A stretch of DNA of 63,559 nucleotides, filler included, from Octopus bimaculoides (Eukaryota): NCBI RefSeq assembly GCF_001194135.2. It is 4 parts of 4 records of this genome, joined end to end, with 100 filler letters (N's around TTAATTAATTAA, not from the genome) between each part and the next. Parts side by side here need not be neighbours in the genome. Positions count along the whole stretch, not along the records: positions 25,176 to 46,388 come from NC_068987.1; positions 46,489 to 53,627 come from NC_068982.1; 2 more parts are not named here. One strand, given 5' to 3'. This document shows positions 38,010-49,818 of this stretch, in pieces. The first letter of the stretch is position 1. Every line of letters begins with the position of its first letter. The translations under genes were made by a program, and so were the position numbers. The notes beneath the pieces were generated by a model. The model worked only from the letters and a program-made list of their open reading frames with translations, did no database searches and was not told where the DNA came from.

Positions 38010-38365
38010 CATTCCATCATCATCATCATCATCGTCATCATTTGACGTCCGCTTTCCATGCTAGCATGGGTTGGACTATTTGACTGAAGACTGATGAAAC
38101 CAGATGGCTACACCAGGCTCCAATCTGATTTGGCAGAGTTTCTACAGCCGGATGCCCTTTCTAACGCCAGCCACTCTGAGAGTGTAGTGGGTGCTTTTAT
38201 GTGCCACCGGCATAAGAGCCAGTTAGGCGGTACTGGCGACAGCCACACTCGAAATGGTGTATTTTACATGCCACCTGCACAGGGGTCAGTACATCGGCAC
38301 TGGCAACGATCTCGCTCGAATGTCCTTTCACGTGCCACCGGCACAAGTGCCAGGAAGGCGATGAA
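38010..38365 (-). mobile_element. Family E SINE
   Basis: GACGTCCGCTTTCCATGCTAGCATGGGTTGGAC...GGATGCCCTTTCTAACGCC. Confidence 0.85.
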
Positions 38366-38774
38366 AGTGAAATATGAGTTTGATGGGTTGCTCCCATAGT
38401 CAGATGATTAGCTTTGGTCATATGCACCTACACAGAATTTGAACTCAGAAAGTAAAGAACCAAATCAAATACCACTAGACAGCTTATCTGATGCTTTAAC
38501 TATTCAACTAATCCAATGCCCTGGATTAACACTTCCTTTATCATCCATGAAAGATGAAAGACAATATTGAATTCAGCAGAAAGCAGGAAGAAGTATTGCA
38601 AGGAATTGTACCCCATGCTCTAATAACTTTGCCAATTCATTGTCTTAATTTTATAAGCGTATGCCCTGACATCTCATCACCAACATCATCTCTATCCTTT
38701 CTTTCCACCTGGGGTAGTCATGTATCTCCACTACTGAAGGACATCTGTACCTATCCTTCTTTCATACTTTAACC

Positions 38775-38872
38775 CAGTAGTTTTCAGCAGGGGCCCATAT
38801 GGCCTTTGAGGCTCCATATAAGATTTTGCTGTTAATATTTATATGTAATGAATTGGTTATTATTTCTACAAT
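38775..38872 (+). mobile_element. hAT-like MITE left end
   Basis: CAGTAGTTTTCAGCAGGGG resembles hAT termini; the right end was not found. Confidence 0.35.
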
Positions 38873-39132
38873 GTGAAGGCACATGACTCAGTGGTTAAAG
38901 CATTGGGCTCAGTCACGAGGTAGTGAGTTCTGAGGTAGTGAGCTGCAGAAATAAACTGTATCAGCTTTTGCCTTTCATTTGGATAACATTGGTGGCATGC
39001 AGAGGGGAGGCTGGTATGCATAGGCAACTGCTGGTCTTCTACAAACAACCTTGCCTGGACTTGTGCTTCAGAGGGGAACTTTCTAGGTGCAATCCCATGG
39101 TCATTCATGAATGAAGGGAGTCTTAAACCTTT
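38873..39132 (+). mobile_element. tRNA-headed SINE with family D body
   Basis: 13-bp TSD TTATTTCTACAAT at 38860-38872 and 39133-39145; body matches the reverse complement of 46090-46265. Confidence 0.85.
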
Positions 39133-39179
39133 TTATTTCTACAATTCTTAATAGTATTTAATTATAAAAATACAGTAGG

Positions 39180-39213
<34 letters not shown>

Positions 39214-39860
39214 GGAGGCTATGGTTCTGGTTCCCACAATGAGGAGGGAACCAGGCCGCTAGAATTCTGTGATGCAAATGACCTTATGGTTTGCAATACT
39301 AACTTCAGGAAACCTGCCAGTCACCTAGTCACCTACCATTCTAGCAGACACACTAGCCAAACTGACTGCATCCTCGCCAGGAAAAGGGAATAATGGCTGC
39401 TTATAAATGCCAAAACTTTTCCATGCGAAGAATGTACCCCACAACATAGACTAGTAGTTAGTGACTTCAGGATCAGGGCTAAGTGGTTGCCCAAAAGACG
39501 ACCAGCATGGAGGAGAAGGGTCTGGAAGCTTAAAGATCCTATGAACGGACAGAGATTTAGAGACTTATTACTTGAAGCCTTTGACGAAATAGAGGGGGAT
39601 GTAGCTTCACACAATGTAGAAGACAACTGGAGGTTTCTATGGGACAACCTGCTGAGGGCCACTGACCAGATCTGTGGATGGTGCAAAGTCCCCTCTTGAC
39701 CCAAAATAACGTCGTGGTGGAACAATGTTGTTGACAGGGCTATTAGACAAAACAAACAGGCTTGGAAGGACTGGAAGCACGGTGGTAGCAGGGAATTGTA
39801 TCAGACTGCCAGAAGGGAAGCTAGGAGACAGGTTTATTTAGCCAGAGGGGAAGCAGATAA
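39214..39860 (+). mobile_element. RTE-clade LINE fragment (APE endonuclease C-terminus and linker)
   Basis: One frame with two stops: GGYGSGSHNEEGTRPLEFCDANDLMVCNTNFRKPASHLVTY..TDCIL..PQHRLVVSDF..VWKLKD..WWNNVVDRAIRQ. Confidence 0.9.
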
Positions 39861-39959
39861 TAAACCGCTGGCCCTGCACTAAAATTTTAAATCCATGTTA
39901 TACCATTACTCAGTTGAGGGAGTCTTGTCTTGTGAGTTACTTGATGACCTCCCAAATGC

Positions 39960-40145
39960 AAATGCCATGGAAAAAGCACCCAGTGCAATTTTTAAAGTGG
40001 TAGCAGTTGGGAAGGATATCCAGCAACAGGGACCCTACCAATGAATATATTGGAGCTTGATGCAGTCCACTGGCTCGTCAGGTCTTGTTGAACAGTCCAA
40101 CCCATGCCAAACATAGAAGACAGACATTAAACAATGCGGATGATG
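39960..40145 (+). mobile_element. Family E SINE, decayed
   Basis: GGGAAGGATATCCAGC...CAGTCCAACCCATGCCAAACATAGAAGACAGACATTAAAC + (GAT)n. Confidence 0.6.
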
Positions 40146-40692
40146 GTGGTGGTGGTGGTAATAATGTTAATGATGGTGATGGTGATGATGATGGCGATGA
40201 TGATGCTAATTACTACTAGTGTGTTAACTACTGTCATTATATAGAACCAGAAGTATGAATTCTTCGCTGAAAGCTGCTATTCAGTGAAGAAGGCATGAGA
40301 GTAACCCTTAAAATGTTCCATCCAATGACCTTTATTAGTGCCATTGTTACTACAACTGCTGGTTATGTTATTGTTGGTGGTGGTAGTGGTGGCAGTGATG
40401 ACAGTGGCAGCGGTGGCAGTGGTGGTGGTGCTGGTGCTGGTGGTGCTGGTAGTGCTGGTGGTGGTGCTGGTGGTGGTGGTGGAGGTGGTGGTGGTGGTGG
40501 TGATGGTGGTGGTGCTACTGCTTATGCTGCTCCTGTTGCTTTTCAAAAGGTGTTTAGAAAGTACTCTGCTTGTAACCTTTATGATTTTCTTGACCTTTGA
40601 TTAGATTTCTTAATGAGGCACTGATTGACTTTGTCATTAAAATTAACTTTGAGAACTGCAAACATCAAAGGGATGCGTTGAGTGTGAGATAA

Positions 40693-40727
<35 letters not shown>

Positions 40728-41184
40728 ATGCTCATACGTTTATGCATAAAGATGCTTGTATACATATGTATGATTACCTGTTGGTGGATATGAGCATAAA
40801 TAGTACACATACACACACATATGTACATATACACACACCTATATATATATATACACATGTATCTAAACACACATATATATACATATATATACAAACTTTT
40901 ACAAATACACACACACGGTAAAACACACATATATTTAAATATATATCTATATATGTGTTCATGACTGATTAGGTGTGTGTATGTATATATCTGTACATGT
41001 CTGAAGAATCAAATATATGAACGTTTCTATTCTTTTTGCATTTGTATGCACTAACACTCTTATAGTGTGTGTAGTGTATGCTACATGTGTATATAGGTGA
41101 ATTCATATGTCTGTCATGTATCTATCTCATCATCATCATCATCATCATCACCACCATCATCGTTGTCATCGTCGTTGTCATCAT

Positions 41185-41235
<51 letters not shown>

Positions 41236-41759
41236 TATCATCACCATCACCATCAACTTCAGTTTTATATCTGCTTTTCCATTCTTGCATGGGAGGGATG
41301 AGTGTTTTCGAAGTAGTGTTGTACATCCAGCTACCTTTCCTCTTACCAACTCTTTCAGTTACTTAGGAAATGTAGGAGTAGAGTATACCTGTTCTAAATT
41401 TCAGGACATACAGTTATATTATTTAATAAGCACAGTATATATTTTTATGAGCTTCTAATAAATAGTTTCATGTGATGAAAACAACTTAGATAGCATTTTA
41501 TAACACATCTAGTGCCTTCACACAATCCTCAGGTTCTGCCCACATGACATAACAACCTAAAGCAAGACTATAGGATGAGAAAAAAATGAGCAAAGGCAAC
41601 AAGGAAGTAGATGTAAAAGGTGAAAGGTTGAAAACACTGGAATACGGAAAAGAAAACATGAAAAAGAAAGTGAGGAAGAATTAGGGTTATGTTCCCTTTG
41701 ATCATAAAGTCATAAGGCTGAATGGAAAGCAGCTTAGAGTCTGTGGTACAGTTGCTCAA

Positions 41760-42420
41760 TCCTGAGAGGGTGATATTTCCAATTTGCCAATAGGAACTTC
41801 TTCATATGTTTACAACTGCTGAAAATTTCAGTTCTTAGACCTAAAAAGGATCTGTGTACTTTCAGCTATCCATAGCTTACACTTTTTTGATCCCTTGACA
41901 TATGGTGTGGAGTTTTCAACTATTTTCTACTTTATTGTATGTGTTATGGTATTGGACTTCAAACCCCATATGTGGCTAGTCAACTTTGTAGCTCTACTAT
42001 TGTTCCTGTACTAGAAGGAAGATATATGGTTAGCAGAGCAATTTTTGAAGTCACTGTCATATAGCCCAATGTAGATCTTTTCAGTTATGATATCATTTAG
42101 TTTTACTTACCTCATATATGACAGATTTAATCATGCACCCCTGATCAAATGGATGGGTTCCTAGATCACAACAGTTACAATTGGGAATGGGTTCTTGGTG
42201 GTGTTTGCATGTAATGATGCTTTCAAATTGGAGCAGCAACTATATGATAATTTGACTGAGTGCCTGTTGAATATTTTTCTGTACCTGTGATTTTCTGGAA
42301 AATGTTTGTCTAAGAGACAATATGTTTGTGACATATTTCAACATCTGAAAATAAATTCTCTGATAAGAGAGAATTTTTTCTCTATGGTAACTGCAGGGAA
42401 TTTGCCTTAAGAAGTTGAAA
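41760..42420 (-). mobile_element. Penelope-like element, linker and GIY-YIG endonuclease (frameshifted)
   Basis: LDKHFPENHRYRKIFNRHSVKLSYSCCSN..CNC..CMIKSVIYE..KIYIGL..NHISSF..ATKLTSHIWGLK..RTEIFSSCKHMKKFLL, read across several frameshifts. Confidence 0.85.
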
Positions 42421-42789
42421 TATGCTTAGTGGTGAATATATATANNNNNNNNNNNNNNNNNNNNNNNNNNNNNNNNNNNNNNNNNNNNNNNNNNNNNNNN
42501 NNNNNNNNNNNNNNNNNNNNNNNNNNNNNNNNNNNNNNNNNACATAATTTAATTAATTGAATTTAATTGAGTTTTTACCTGTAAATTTGGATTTTATCCC
42601 TAATATTATTATTATATATATATATATACATACATATATTCAGCAGTATCAGCACTAAGCAATGTTAAGGCATAAATGAACTTTAGATTAATTAGTTAAA
42701 ATATGTTTGTTTAAGGCAAATTCCCCACAGTTACCGAAGTAAAAATATCTCTCAAAGAATTTATCTTCAGATGTTGAAATATGTATGTA

Positions 42790-42825
<36 letters not shown>

Positions 42826-43602
42826 CATAGACACATGCATGCACATATATTGTCCAATTAAGAAAGAGTCCTTTTGAGTGAGAACAAAGACAAAAACTTC
42901 ACATGATTGCATACAGTTCTTGAGTTGACTGATATGTGATAGAAAACTTGTACTCTTTCAGCTGCAGAAACCATTCAATATCATTCATATCTCTAAAATC
43001 CATTTAAACAAACATGAACATCAGTTTCAATAAAAATAAGCACTTATGTTTGGTTCAGTGGGAATAGACAAACTAAAAGGAATATATGTCACATCTTTTA
43101 GTATAAAGATTCATAAACTCTATTTCATTCGTTGAAATAATAAAAGATTCTTTAAAAGTACACTGCTTTATAGGCTTCCACTCTATATGCATCCAAGTAA
43201 TATTTTTTTTCAGAACATTTTAAAATTACATATTTTTTTGATTTTTTAATTGATTTTTTTTTTAAATCTAAAATCAAGCCAGAAGTTGGACTAAACATTG
43301 CCACAGGCTGGATCTAGTCAAGGGCTATATGTTTGACCTCCATGGTGTATATATTGGGTTATCAGATAAATTTGTTGATTTTTGTTTGTTTGTTTTTTTT
43401 CTACTGTGTTCTTCATTGTCATATGTTTGAAAAGGAGTAAAATTTATTCAAATTTCAAAAACACTTAACAAAAGTTATAGAAGAATAGAGCTACAACAAA
43501 AGCAAAAATATATAAACGTATTTTTTGTGTTAATTCAAATAATATTAGAAAGGACTAACAAAAAATAGGGAAACAACAAAAACAAATGAATTTATTTGAC
43601 AT

Positions 43603-43982
43603 ACAGGTGCAGGCATGGCTGTGTTGTAAGAAGTTTGCTTGCCAGCTATATGGCTCCACTGCATGGTACCTTAAACAGATGTGTCTTCTATTATAGCTGC
43701 AGGCCAACCAAAGCCTTGTGAGTGGATTTGGTAGACAGAAATTGAAAGAAGCTCAGCATATATATATATGCGTGTGTATATATGTGTGTGTGTGTGTGTG
43801 TGAGGATGTACCCCACCACTCTTGATAACTAGTGTTGTTGTGTTTACATTCCTGTAACTTAGCAGTTCGACAAAAAGAAACCAATAGAATAAGTACTGGG
43901 ATTGATTCATTCGATTAAAAATTCATCAAGGCAGTGCCCCAGCATGGCTGCAGTCTAATGACTGAAACAAGTAAAAATAAAG
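43603..43982 (+). mobile_element. SINE family B, near full length
   Basis: Head, internal (TA/TG)n and 3' end GCAGTCTAATGACTGAAACAAGTAAAAATAAAAG. Confidence 0.85.
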
Positions 43983-44256
43983 AAAAAAAAGGCAAAAGAT
44001 AACTCAATTTAATTATGATTTATTGTGATCCACATTAGAACATTATTCTTCACATTATTTGGTATATCGACTCTGTCACACACATACAAACAAGCATTAT
44101 AAACTGCAATCTGCCCACGACTGCAAAAAGAAAATAAAAGTCTGCCCATTTGCCCTGCTAACTTACTCAAACAAATCTTCACTCCCCAACATACTGCAAT
44201 CATTCACCTTCTGGTAATTTATTTTTTCCCTATCTCTTTGACTCTTTTAGATGCTA

Positions 44257-45018
44257 TGAGAGTCAGCTGAAAAGTTTATAGGCTGGCCAAGATACTCTTG
44301 TGGAATGTGATCAAATTATCATTTACTTTATAACATAGACCCCTTGCAGCCCACACACATCGGTGTTGCAGTGCTTGGCTCAAAGTGACAAATCCAACAT
44401 TCATCCAGGCTTAAGAAACATTCAAGGAACCAGCTGGGTCTGCCTCAAACAATGTCAGATTTTGCCATGATATGATCAGGTGTTGGAAGGCATGGCACCC
44501 ACAAAGCAGAAACTTTTCTCATGCCAAGTTCATTGTGCAGAATATCCTCATCTCTCTCGTAGGATATGCTAACAGCATTGGATATTTGAATTATAATCAA
44601 TTACCTGTCATCTATCAACATGTGGAGAACATGTGCAATGTTTACCTCAGCAGTGGCATTTCAGGGCATCCAGAACTAAGACTTTTCCTTCTTCTTGTAA
44701 ATTCAACAGCCTACTTTTGCACTGTTGCTAGAGCATCATCTCCTAATGTAGCAACCATGTCTGCATGAATGTTTTTGGGAGCTAAACTCTTTTTTCTGCA
44801 GTTACTTGATAAAACCACAAATCCAATTTTTGTCCATTTTTCAAGAAAAGTCACTTCTAGTTACTCCCAATGTCCTTTTTGAACAGTCAGATGTCAGTTT
44901 ATCTGGAAAGAAACAATGCAGTTATTAATAAGAAGGGATGGAATTAAGGCATGCAAGATTTCACAGCTCTAGTACCCCTCCTTCATAGTCATCCTATGAA
45001 CTTTTCAGCTCACCCTCA
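44257..45018 (-). mobile_element. Mariner (DD34D-type) element, internally deleted, both TIRs present
   Basis: 31-bp TIRs TGAGAGTCAGCTGAAAAGTTTATAGG / rc TGAGGGTGAGCTGAAAAGTTCATAGG; ATG at 44837; ..HNELGMRKVSALWVP..LDECWICHFEP..GVYVIK*. Confidence 0.9.
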
Positions 45019-46053
45019 TGTTTAAAACAGCCCTAACTCATTTGAAATACCAAAGTATGTACAACTATAGTCTAAACCCCCATTTATTTAAGTAGCTTCA
45101 CCTCATCTTGTCATTTTTACTATTCTGAACTAACGAAGTGGGCCTCTGTATCATCACTTAGTTTGCTTGAAATAACAGAAAAATTCATTCAGAATCATAC
45201 CTTATTGCCTCAAAACATACCTTATTGCCGTCGTGTAGGAACTTTCACTTGTAGGGGTGTGTTTTGAAATCCTGTGTATTTATAATTTTTTCCATGAATG
45301 GATCTGATTTTTGATTCGTTAAAGTACTGGTGACATCACCAGTACTTTATTGCCTCAAAAAAAGGAAGGTCACATTAGACAATATCATCATACATACCTC
45401 TAAAATGGTGTTATGGCTTCAACTGGAATGTCCTTGATCATCTAGGCCTGTTTAAATCAAAGCTGGTTTGAGTTTAAACAACAATAACAATATCATTCTT
45501 GTGTCTCACTTCCAGGAATTGAACTCATTGAATGTGAGCCATAAATCCCTAACCACAAAGCCACATGCCTTCACAGTATCTGATATACCAAAGGAATGGT
45601 CCTAACTGGAGTGGTTTTTATTGTAGTTCTGACTAAACAACAATAGCATCAGCAACGTCAACATCACTAGTCTGAGAAAACCTGCAAGGGCCAAGAATGG
45701 CTCTCTTCTTCTTTAGATTCACTAACAAAATAAAATATTCTCTTAACTAATTTAATTCAAGCCAATGGCTGGCTCACTGCTGATTGGTTGGCTGCATGGA
45801 TGTATGCGAGGTTAGAAATTTCCATTGACTAAATGGTATATGGTTGGCCGGCTGGTGGATGGGTAGGTATGTAAGGAGGTAGAGGAATGAATACATACAT
45901 AAAATACACATGCACACACACACACACAAACAAACAAGCACACATACAAATGCACACACACACACACTCATACACACAAGAACACACACGCACACACGCA
46001 CACACACACACACACACATATCAATAGCAGCATTCAACATTCATTATATATGT

Positions 46054-46084
<31 letters not shown>

Positions 46085-46089
46085 CTGAG

Positions 46090-46388
46090 ACCCCTTTTGG
46101 TCATGTCTGACCATGGGATTGCACCTAGAAAGTTACCCTCCCAGGCACAAGTCCGGGCAAGGTTGTTTATGAAAGACCAGCAGTTGCCCATGCATACCGG
46201 CCCCCCCCTCTCCACACCACCAGTGTTATCCAAGGGAATGCCGATATAGCTTGGCACCTGTGACGTCACAACTCATTTCTACAGCTGAGTGAACTGGAGC
46301 CAACGTGAAATAAAGTGTCTTGCTCAAGAACACAACATGCAGCCCGGTCTGGGATTTGAACTTACAACCTCACGATCGTAAGCTCAAT
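46090..46388 (-). mobile_element. SINE with family C head and family D body
   Basis: GTGAAATAAAGTGTCTTGCTCAAGAACACA..GGATTTGAACT; body shared with 38950-39120. Confidence 0.85.
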
Positions 46389-46488
46389 NNNNNNNNNNNN
46401 NNNNNNNNNNNNNNNNNNNNNNNNNNNNNNNNTTAATTAATTAANNNNNNNNNNNNNNNNNNNNNNNNNNNNNNNNNNNNNNNNNNNN
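46389..46488. other. Artificial scaffold spacer
   Basis: 44 N + TTAATTAATTAA + 44 N. Confidence 0.95.
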
Positions 46489-47560
46489 CACACAGGAGTG
46501 CACACACATACACACAGGAGTGCACACACAAAATAGCACACATACCTGGCACACATACGCACGCACACACATAAACACACACATACACACCCCTCACATA
46601 CATAAAACCACACACACACACACACATACATAACACACATACACATATACACACATGCACACATACACACGTGCACAAACGCACACACACCTCTCACATA
46701 CACAATACTCACTCACATACATAACACACACGCACGCACGAAAACATACACAATATACACATACACGCACACACACAAAATATACACACACGCGCACACG
46801 GAAACACACATACAGACACACATAAACACACACACACCCGTACCTAGCACTCACAATCCCACACACACGCGCACATCCACACACATATACACACACCCAC
46901 ATACACACTCACACAGACACGCATACAATCACACACACATGGGCATAAACAACACACGCATATACAATAGCAAACGCACGCACACACACGTACACAGCAA
47001 CGCACATACACACAACATACACATACNNNNNNNNNNNNNNNNNNNNNNNNNNNNNNNNNNNNNNNNNNNNNNNNNNNNNNNNNNNNNNNNNNNNNNNNNN
47101 NNNNNNNNNNNNNNNNNNNNNNNNNNNNNNNNNNNNNNNNNNNNNNNNNNNNNNNNNNNNNNNNNNNNNNNNNNNNNNNNNNNNNNNNNNNNNNNNNNNN
47201 NNNNNNNNNNNNNNNNNNNNNNNNNNNNNNNNNNNNNNNNNNNNNNNNNNNNNNNNNNNNNNNNNNNNNNNNNNNNNNNNNNNNNNNNNNNNNNNNNNNN
47301 NNNNNNNNNNNNNNNNNNNNNNNNNNNNNNNNNNNNNNNNNNNNNNNNNNNNNNACATACGCACACACACACGTTCTGTTATCACACACACACTCGCAGA
47401 CTTTCGCACACGCACAAATATTGATCTCCCTTTTTCACTCTCCTGTCTTAGAAAGAACTTTCCCCCACCACCTCCTCTTCCGGTCTTTTCATAATGTAAC
47501 CTCGTGGGCATCGGTACCATTTTCGTCTTTCTCCGTTCTTCCATTTTCCGAACTTTCCAT

Positions 47561-47594
47561 CTTTCCGACGAAGGGCTACGCCCGAAACGTCATA
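47561..47594 (+). ncRNA. Hammerhead motif (U4C) in a Penelope-like terminus
   Basis: CCGACGA-A-GGGC-tac-GCCC-GAAA-CGTC; stem I weak. Confidence 0.55.
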
Positions 47595-48010
47595 CACTCT
47601 CTCTTTCCTTTCCTGAGCGTCCAATAACACTATCCATATCACGTCCTCACTTTGTTGTTTTTTTGTTTTTTTGTTATTGTTTTTTTGAACATATATATAT
47701 ATATATATATTTGCCTACAAACCAACCTACAAGCAAATGTACTTATGTATATATATTCTCTGAGTATTGGGGTATCAATACTTTTTACGTGTATTTCTTA
47801 TTTAATACGGGACGCGTTTCTTTTATGAGGACGTACTCATGTATTTGTCTGAGTGATGGGTCCTTCGAGTTCTTGGATAAAATGCGTATGGCAAGTCAGC
47901 CCAGTATCCCCCCATGTTGGTCTCTGGCATATTGGTAAAGTATGGAGTACTACTTTTTGTCATCATATTGTCTCAAATGTCCATTTAATCTCCCCGCAAT
48001 GTGTCTAGAT

Positions 48011-48129
48011 CAGGGATGGGGAACCTGCGGCCTTCTGAGTCAACAAGAGCAGCCTTCTGTAAATGTTAATATATATTTTTTAAGACCATGATTTTTTTGT
48101 CTATAGTTTTTATGCCTAAATTTACAATC

Positions 48130-48163
<34 letters not shown>

Positions 48164-49140
48164 GATGAGAGGGAAAATAACTGTGTTCAGTGATGTCACT
48201 CCAAGAAATTGGAAGCATTTTTCCATGAACCTAATGAATATAAACTTAAAGCAACATGGCGATAAGAGCAACATTTCCTTGTCAGTCATGCCAGCTTGGT
48301 GGGAGTGAGTGACTTCACGCATAATTGGTCTGCGCTACGTACTACTCAGTTAACTGTAATTGTGACTAAGTTCATAGTGACTCGTGAGATTGTAAGTCTG
48401 AGTTAGTTATCGCTTCATTTGAAAGAGTACATTCACCAGTGTATGCGTTGTTTTGCAGACTTCCTTTTTATCACTGAGACTTAATTAGTAACGATGATCG
48501 AATTCATTGCTACCCTGTTAGGCCTACTGCACACTGGTCTAGATAAAACGGTCTTAGATAAGACACGATCAATCAGCATCCGAAACCATGTTCTTGGAAT
48601 CTTGGTCATGACTTTAGCAGTTGTCATTGTTTTGATTGAAAACCGTCAATATTTGACATTATTTCTATATTAATTGGATAATGATAAATAATAGTACTAA
48701 TTACAGAAAAGAATATTACGAACCGTGATGATATTTATTCTCGAATGGTAGTGACAATTGCCAAATTCAAGACCAAGAATATGGTTTTGGATGCAGGTTT
48801 ATCGTATCTTGTCTGAGATCGTTTTTTTCTGGGTTAGTGTGCGGCCAGCCTTACCAATTCATTATCATCCTTTTATTTTTTTATCGGTATTCCAGAATAA
48901 AAACAATTTTCAACCCATAAGTATGTCGAAGAAATTGAAACAAACTTTGAAAGAAGAAAATAGGATCTTTAATGAAGAATGGGAATTACAATATTTTTTA
49001 GTGAATAGGCAAAATGTCTTGTCTGCTTTGTGATACCACAATTGTAACGGTTAAGAAATTCAATGCACAGCAGCATTATGCTCTTCATAAAGACAATAAA
49101 TATGCCAAATTAGAGGGTGAGTTTCGAAAGATAACATTAC
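48011..49140 (+). mobile_element. Charlie/SPIN-group hAT transposon, left part
   Basis: GTCTAGAT|CAGGGATGGGGAACCTGCGGCC terminus; from 48923 MSKKLKQTLKEENRIFNEEWELQYFLV-fs-GKMSCLLCDTTIVTVKKFNAQQHYALHKDNKY (N-terminal zinc finger). Continuity between the TIR and the ORF is assumed. Confidence 0.75.
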
Positions 49141-49429
49141 CCTAAATCAAATAGATACCATGCTATTTTTAATCAACGCACTGTTGAGGTATCTTACGTT
49201 AACTCTATTAATTTAGAGCAGCATGTGCACCACATAAACAATAGTAAAATGAAACAACAGTTCAATAACCCACCCAAACATATGCATCAAAATACCAGCA
49301 AAGAAGATATAAACCACAATGAAAAGCATCAAATATGGCCAAATCGTGATAGTACAAATGATTTTAATATAGCTAACAAGGTAACAACGTCAGAAAATGT
49401 AGCCAGAACTGCCATATATACAAACCATT

Positions 49430-49815
49430 ATCACTATCATCATCATCATTATCGTTGTTTAACGTCCGCTTTTCATGCTGGCATGGGTTGGACGGCTTGA
49501 CTGAGGGCTGGCAAGCCAGAAGGCTGTACCAGTCTCCAATCTGATCTGGCAACGTTTCTACAGTTGGATGCCCTTCCTGACGCCAACCATTTTGAGAGTG
49601 TAGTGGGTGCTTTTACGTGCCACCGCCATTAGGGCCAGTCAGGCGGCACTGGCATTGGCCACACTCAAATGGGGATTTTTACGTGCCACCTGCACAGGAG
49701 CCAGTCCAGCGGCACTGGCAATGACCATGCTCGAATGGTGCTCTTTTTACATACCACCGGCACGGGAGCCAGTCAGCGGCCCTGGAAACGATCACGCTTA
49801 AATGGTGCTTTTAAC
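49430..49815 (-). mobile_element. Family E SINE with three internal repeats
   Basis: CGTTGTTTAACGTCCGCTTTTCATGCTGGCATGGGTTGGAC; TTTTACGTGCCACC units. Confidence 0.9.
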
Positions 49816-49818
49816 ATT

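Noticed and set aside
40262-40289. 10-bp hairpin CTTCGCTGAA/TTCAGTGAAG
   Set aside because: Too short to distinguish from chance in 63 kb.
40295-40600. Gly-rich 101-aa ORF
   Set aside because: GGT/GCT trinucleotide tract; overlapping frames are equally open.
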